From Candidatus Micrarchaeota archaeon CG10_big_fil_rev_8_21_14_0_10_45_29 (lineage in GTDB: Archaea; Micrarchaeota; Micrarchaeia; Anstonellales; Anstonellaceae), in the NCBI GenBank assembly GCA_002778455.1, contig PFCD01000016.1, positions 2,446 through 66,445 on the forward strand: a DNA stretch of 64,000 bases, read 5' to 3'. A program made the translations under genes and the position numbers. The notes below the pieces were generated by a model. That model was not told the origin of the DNA. It saw only the letters and a list, made by a program, of their open reading frames with translations, and did not search any database. Positions 62,601-64,000 of the stretch are shown here, piece by piece. Position 1 is the stretch's first letter; every line of letters begins with the position of its first letter.

Positions 62601-64000
62601 CATAGGCGCCTACCTCAACGAAAACCTCTTAATTGCAAACAACACCATCACGGCAGGTGAAAATTCAATAGGAATAATATTTGAAGGGGAAAACATCTCA
62701 ATTCTTGAAAACACCATAAAGCAATCCGGCTCGCAAGCAACTGCAATAGAAACACTTTCCGGCTCAGAAACCGGCACAATACTTCACAACAACATCTCAA
62801 CCTCAACATGGATAAACAATGAGGCAGGCGCAACAGGGCTCTCTCTCAATGACTCTTCAACAGGGAACATTTACTATTTTGCAAACGGCACACCCGCATG
62901 GCAAATTTATGATATAATAGATTTCAACCAAGACGGCTGGGCAGACACTGGAAAGGACTCGCCTCTCTCCTCATTAACTGCCAGCCCGTGGCTTGGCTAC
63001 GGCGCGGATTACCATCCATACAGCAAGAAAGGCACAAAACTCTACTTCTGCGCAAACCTAACCGGAGAGGGAGGAAACTACACCTTAGAACAGGATGTTG
63101 CGGCAGAATCTGAAATATGCATGCAAATAATGGCAGATGATATCACTTTAGATTGCCAGGGGCACAAGATAAGCGACAGCGAAGACCCAAACTCCTACGG
63201 AGTGCTCTCATTCTCAAGCGACGGGCCAAGAAACAATATAACAGTGAAAAACTGCCAAATAGAAGGATTCCATGTTGGCATCTTCTTTGATACCGATTCT
63301 GATTCAATCCCCCAAAACAACAAAGCATTAAACAACACTATATTTGTTTCAGGAAGCGATTATGGCATAGGCGCCTACCTCAACGAAAACCTCTTAATTG
63401 CAAACAACACCATCACGGCAGGTGAAAATTCAATAGGAATAATATTTGAAGGGGAAAACATCTCAATTCTTGAAAACACCATAAAGCAATCCGGCTCGCA
63501 AGCAACTGCAATAGAAACACTTTCCGGCTCAGAAACCGGCACAATACTTCACAACAACATCTCAACCTCAACATGGATAAACAATGAGGCGGGCGCAACA
63601 GGGCTCTCTTTCAGCGATTCTGAATCCGGAAACATTTACTATTACCCCAACGGCACAGGCGCATGGGAAATTTATGAGCTGGTTGACTCAAACCCGACAG
63701 CCCCTGACGGCTGGGCAGACATAGGGCAAACCCTAAGCTCAGCAACGGCTTCAAATGAATGGCTTGGCGAGGGGGTGGATTATCATCCCTACACCCAAAA
63801 ATCAACCCATCTTTATTCCTGCGCAGGCATAGGGGCAGAGGGCGGCTATTACACCTTAGAGCAAAACATAACTTCAGAAAATACTAATTCTGCCTGCTTT
63901 ACAATAAAAGCAGACAGCATCACCTTGGACTGCCAAGGAAATTCCATAACAGGCCCCAACAACGACGAGGCATACGGAGTGCTTTCCCTCTCAACCAATG
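59698..64000 (+). CDS. giant surface protein (partial, continues past the window): N-terminal anchor, Pro/Thr/Ser linker, right-handed beta-helix (PbH1/CASH-like) domains in tandem modules
   Basis: Frame 1 is open from the ATG at 59698 to the window end and is missing from the track because it has no stop. It shows the anchor AAAASISIITALFLFLAASGG, the linker EPTPAPTPAPP, PbH1-like repeats (NNTIFGGEYGVLLYSSSNNLLEGNNAHN...), many N-x-S/T sequons, and GAGGGGGTG upstream of the ATG. Confidence 0.85.
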   Translation, partial: MSTPARKIAAAASISIITALFLFLAASGGLLYFSGQQDDFAPLQINFQEQGISIPLDANAHADKGTPLPAKKEVSNKAPTTSPILQDSSAPSSQEPQDEVAEPTPAPTPAPPVFPVTKQTPSASGGGSSSTLPPDAVPLSAPTIIETEGTYYFTGDIEHSQDSFVVKADNIVLDGAGFESYVPIHMDSVTNVVVRNMVIDPEFGIIVNNTNDSYFINLTFRNITNKGIYVTGGSSRNIFQKISIQTLASASAIYVEGGEANTFDCQGGYLTGANSSHTYGLYSSRPGTTIKNCQIQNFSTGVFLNSPISGNSTILNNTIFGGEYGVLLYSSSNNLLEGNNAHNQSVAGYHLSAGSNNTLTSNNAYNSGNYGFWLAPSIRPSLTNNSAHTSKYSGFLIDTSTSGTFSQNKNYGTTMFGFSIMHGSHNYFSNNYMHTNYSPPGYGALYISGSYANTFLQNTINSSSTSPNSAKPIYLNSNAANNTFSGNILLTSSNSTPAIYASPFSSNNLFYLNNISSAIWINDSGSTNQYNSSSAGNIYYYPNGTGAWEFYEIVDSNPTAWDGWADIGELPLNPAAFPSAWLGSGNDYHPYTTKSVHLYDCADIKAGGATYFLEQSIISTKTSSPDSSCFIIKVDDITLDCQGHTITGPNNDEAYGVFSLSSDGPRNNITVKNCVMDGFHVGIFFDTDSGTTPQNNKALNNTISTADNGYGIGAYLNENLLIANNTITAGENSIGIIFEGENVSILNNTIKQSGSSATAIETLSGSETGTILLNNISTSLWINNEAGATGLQFSDSESGNIYYYPNGTGAWELYEIVDSNSDKWADAGGDLPFAEGVLTSTLWSGPGADYRPYTPVSTKLFSCANLTYNGATYTLEQDVAAESEICMQIMADGITLDCQGHKISDSEDPNSYGVLSLSSDGPRNNITVKNCQIEGFHLGIFFDTDSDSIPQNNKALNNTIFVSGSDYGIGAYLNENLLIANNTITAGENSIGIIFEGENISILENTIKQSGSQATAIETLSGSETGTILHNNISTSTWINNEAGATGLSLNDSSTGNIYYFANGTPAWQIYDIIDFNQDGWADTGKDSPLSSLTASPWLGYGADYHPYSKKGTKLYFCANLTGEGGNYTLEQDVAAESEICMQIMADDITLDCQGHKISDSEDPNSYGVLSFSSDGPRNNITVKNCQIEGFHVGIFFDTDSDSIPQNNKALNNTIFVSGSDYGIGAYLNENLLIANNTITAGENSIGIIFEGENISILENTIKQSGSQATAIETLSGSETGTILHNNISTSTWINNEAGATGLSFSDSESGNIYYYPNGTGAWEIYELVDSNPTAPDGWADIGQTLSSATASNEWLGEGVDYHPYTQKSTHLYSCAGIGAEGGYYTLEQNITSENTNSACFTIKADSITLDCQGNSITGPNNDEAYGVLSLSTN
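61488..64000 (+). repeat. in-frame tandem coding repeat, period 765-777 nt (about 255-259 aa), at least 3.2 copies
   Basis: The landmark GA(C/T)TGCCA(G/A)GG recurs at 61615, 62386, 63151 and 63928. Units 2 and 3 are near-identical over roughly 62321-62850 versus 63086-63615. Confidence 0.9.

Noticed and set aside
61488-64000. Possible CRISPR array or non-coding satellite suggested by the strong periodic repeats
   Set aside because: The period is 765-777 nt. The repeats are in frame within one long ORF and encode conserved protein modules. There is no short repeat/spacer structure here or anywhere else in the window.

Overview
This window is a gene-dense stretch of an archaeal chromosome. The archaeal markers are a proteasome beta subunit, aCPSF1, tRNA-splicing endonuclease EndA, aEF-1beta, Rad50, an ATP-dependent DNA ligase, a complete H-I-K-E-C-F-A-B-D A-type ATP synthase operon and a form III RuBisCO. 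The small, tightly packed genes, many orphan proteins, a long multi-unit EndA and a giant repeat-bearing surface protein suggest a DPANN-like (possibly Micrarchaeota-like) lineage; this is inference only. Several metabolic genes look bacterial-type: gpmA, class I FBPase, MnmA and PepN. I called four intact tRNAs by hand-folding: Cys-GCA, Gly-GCC, Arg-GCG and Gln-UUG. I found no rRNA, CRISPR array, transposase or integrase. The most interesting signals are these. (1) Two partial tRNA copies sit beside their intact parents, each interrupted by a GC-rich structured insertion at a non-canonical position (tRNA-Arg 5' part, tRNA-Gln 3' part), in a genome that encodes a long multi-unit EndA. (2) An internally duplicated Cys-rich protein is translationally coupled to an FNR-like flavoprotein, next to a divergent KaiC-like ATPase pair. 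(3) Two proteins have C-termini that resemble bacterial outer-membrane beta-barrel signatures. (4) An unknown gene is embedded, by start/stop overlap, between FBP aldolase and FBPase. (5) A G-run/C-run hairpin repeat family occurs in intergenic regions. (6) A 20-codon ORF exactly bridges atpC and atpF. (7) A surface protein longer than 1400 aa carries 765-777 nt tandem modules, two of them nearly identical. All functional calls rest on motifs I read in the supplied translations; no database search was possible.
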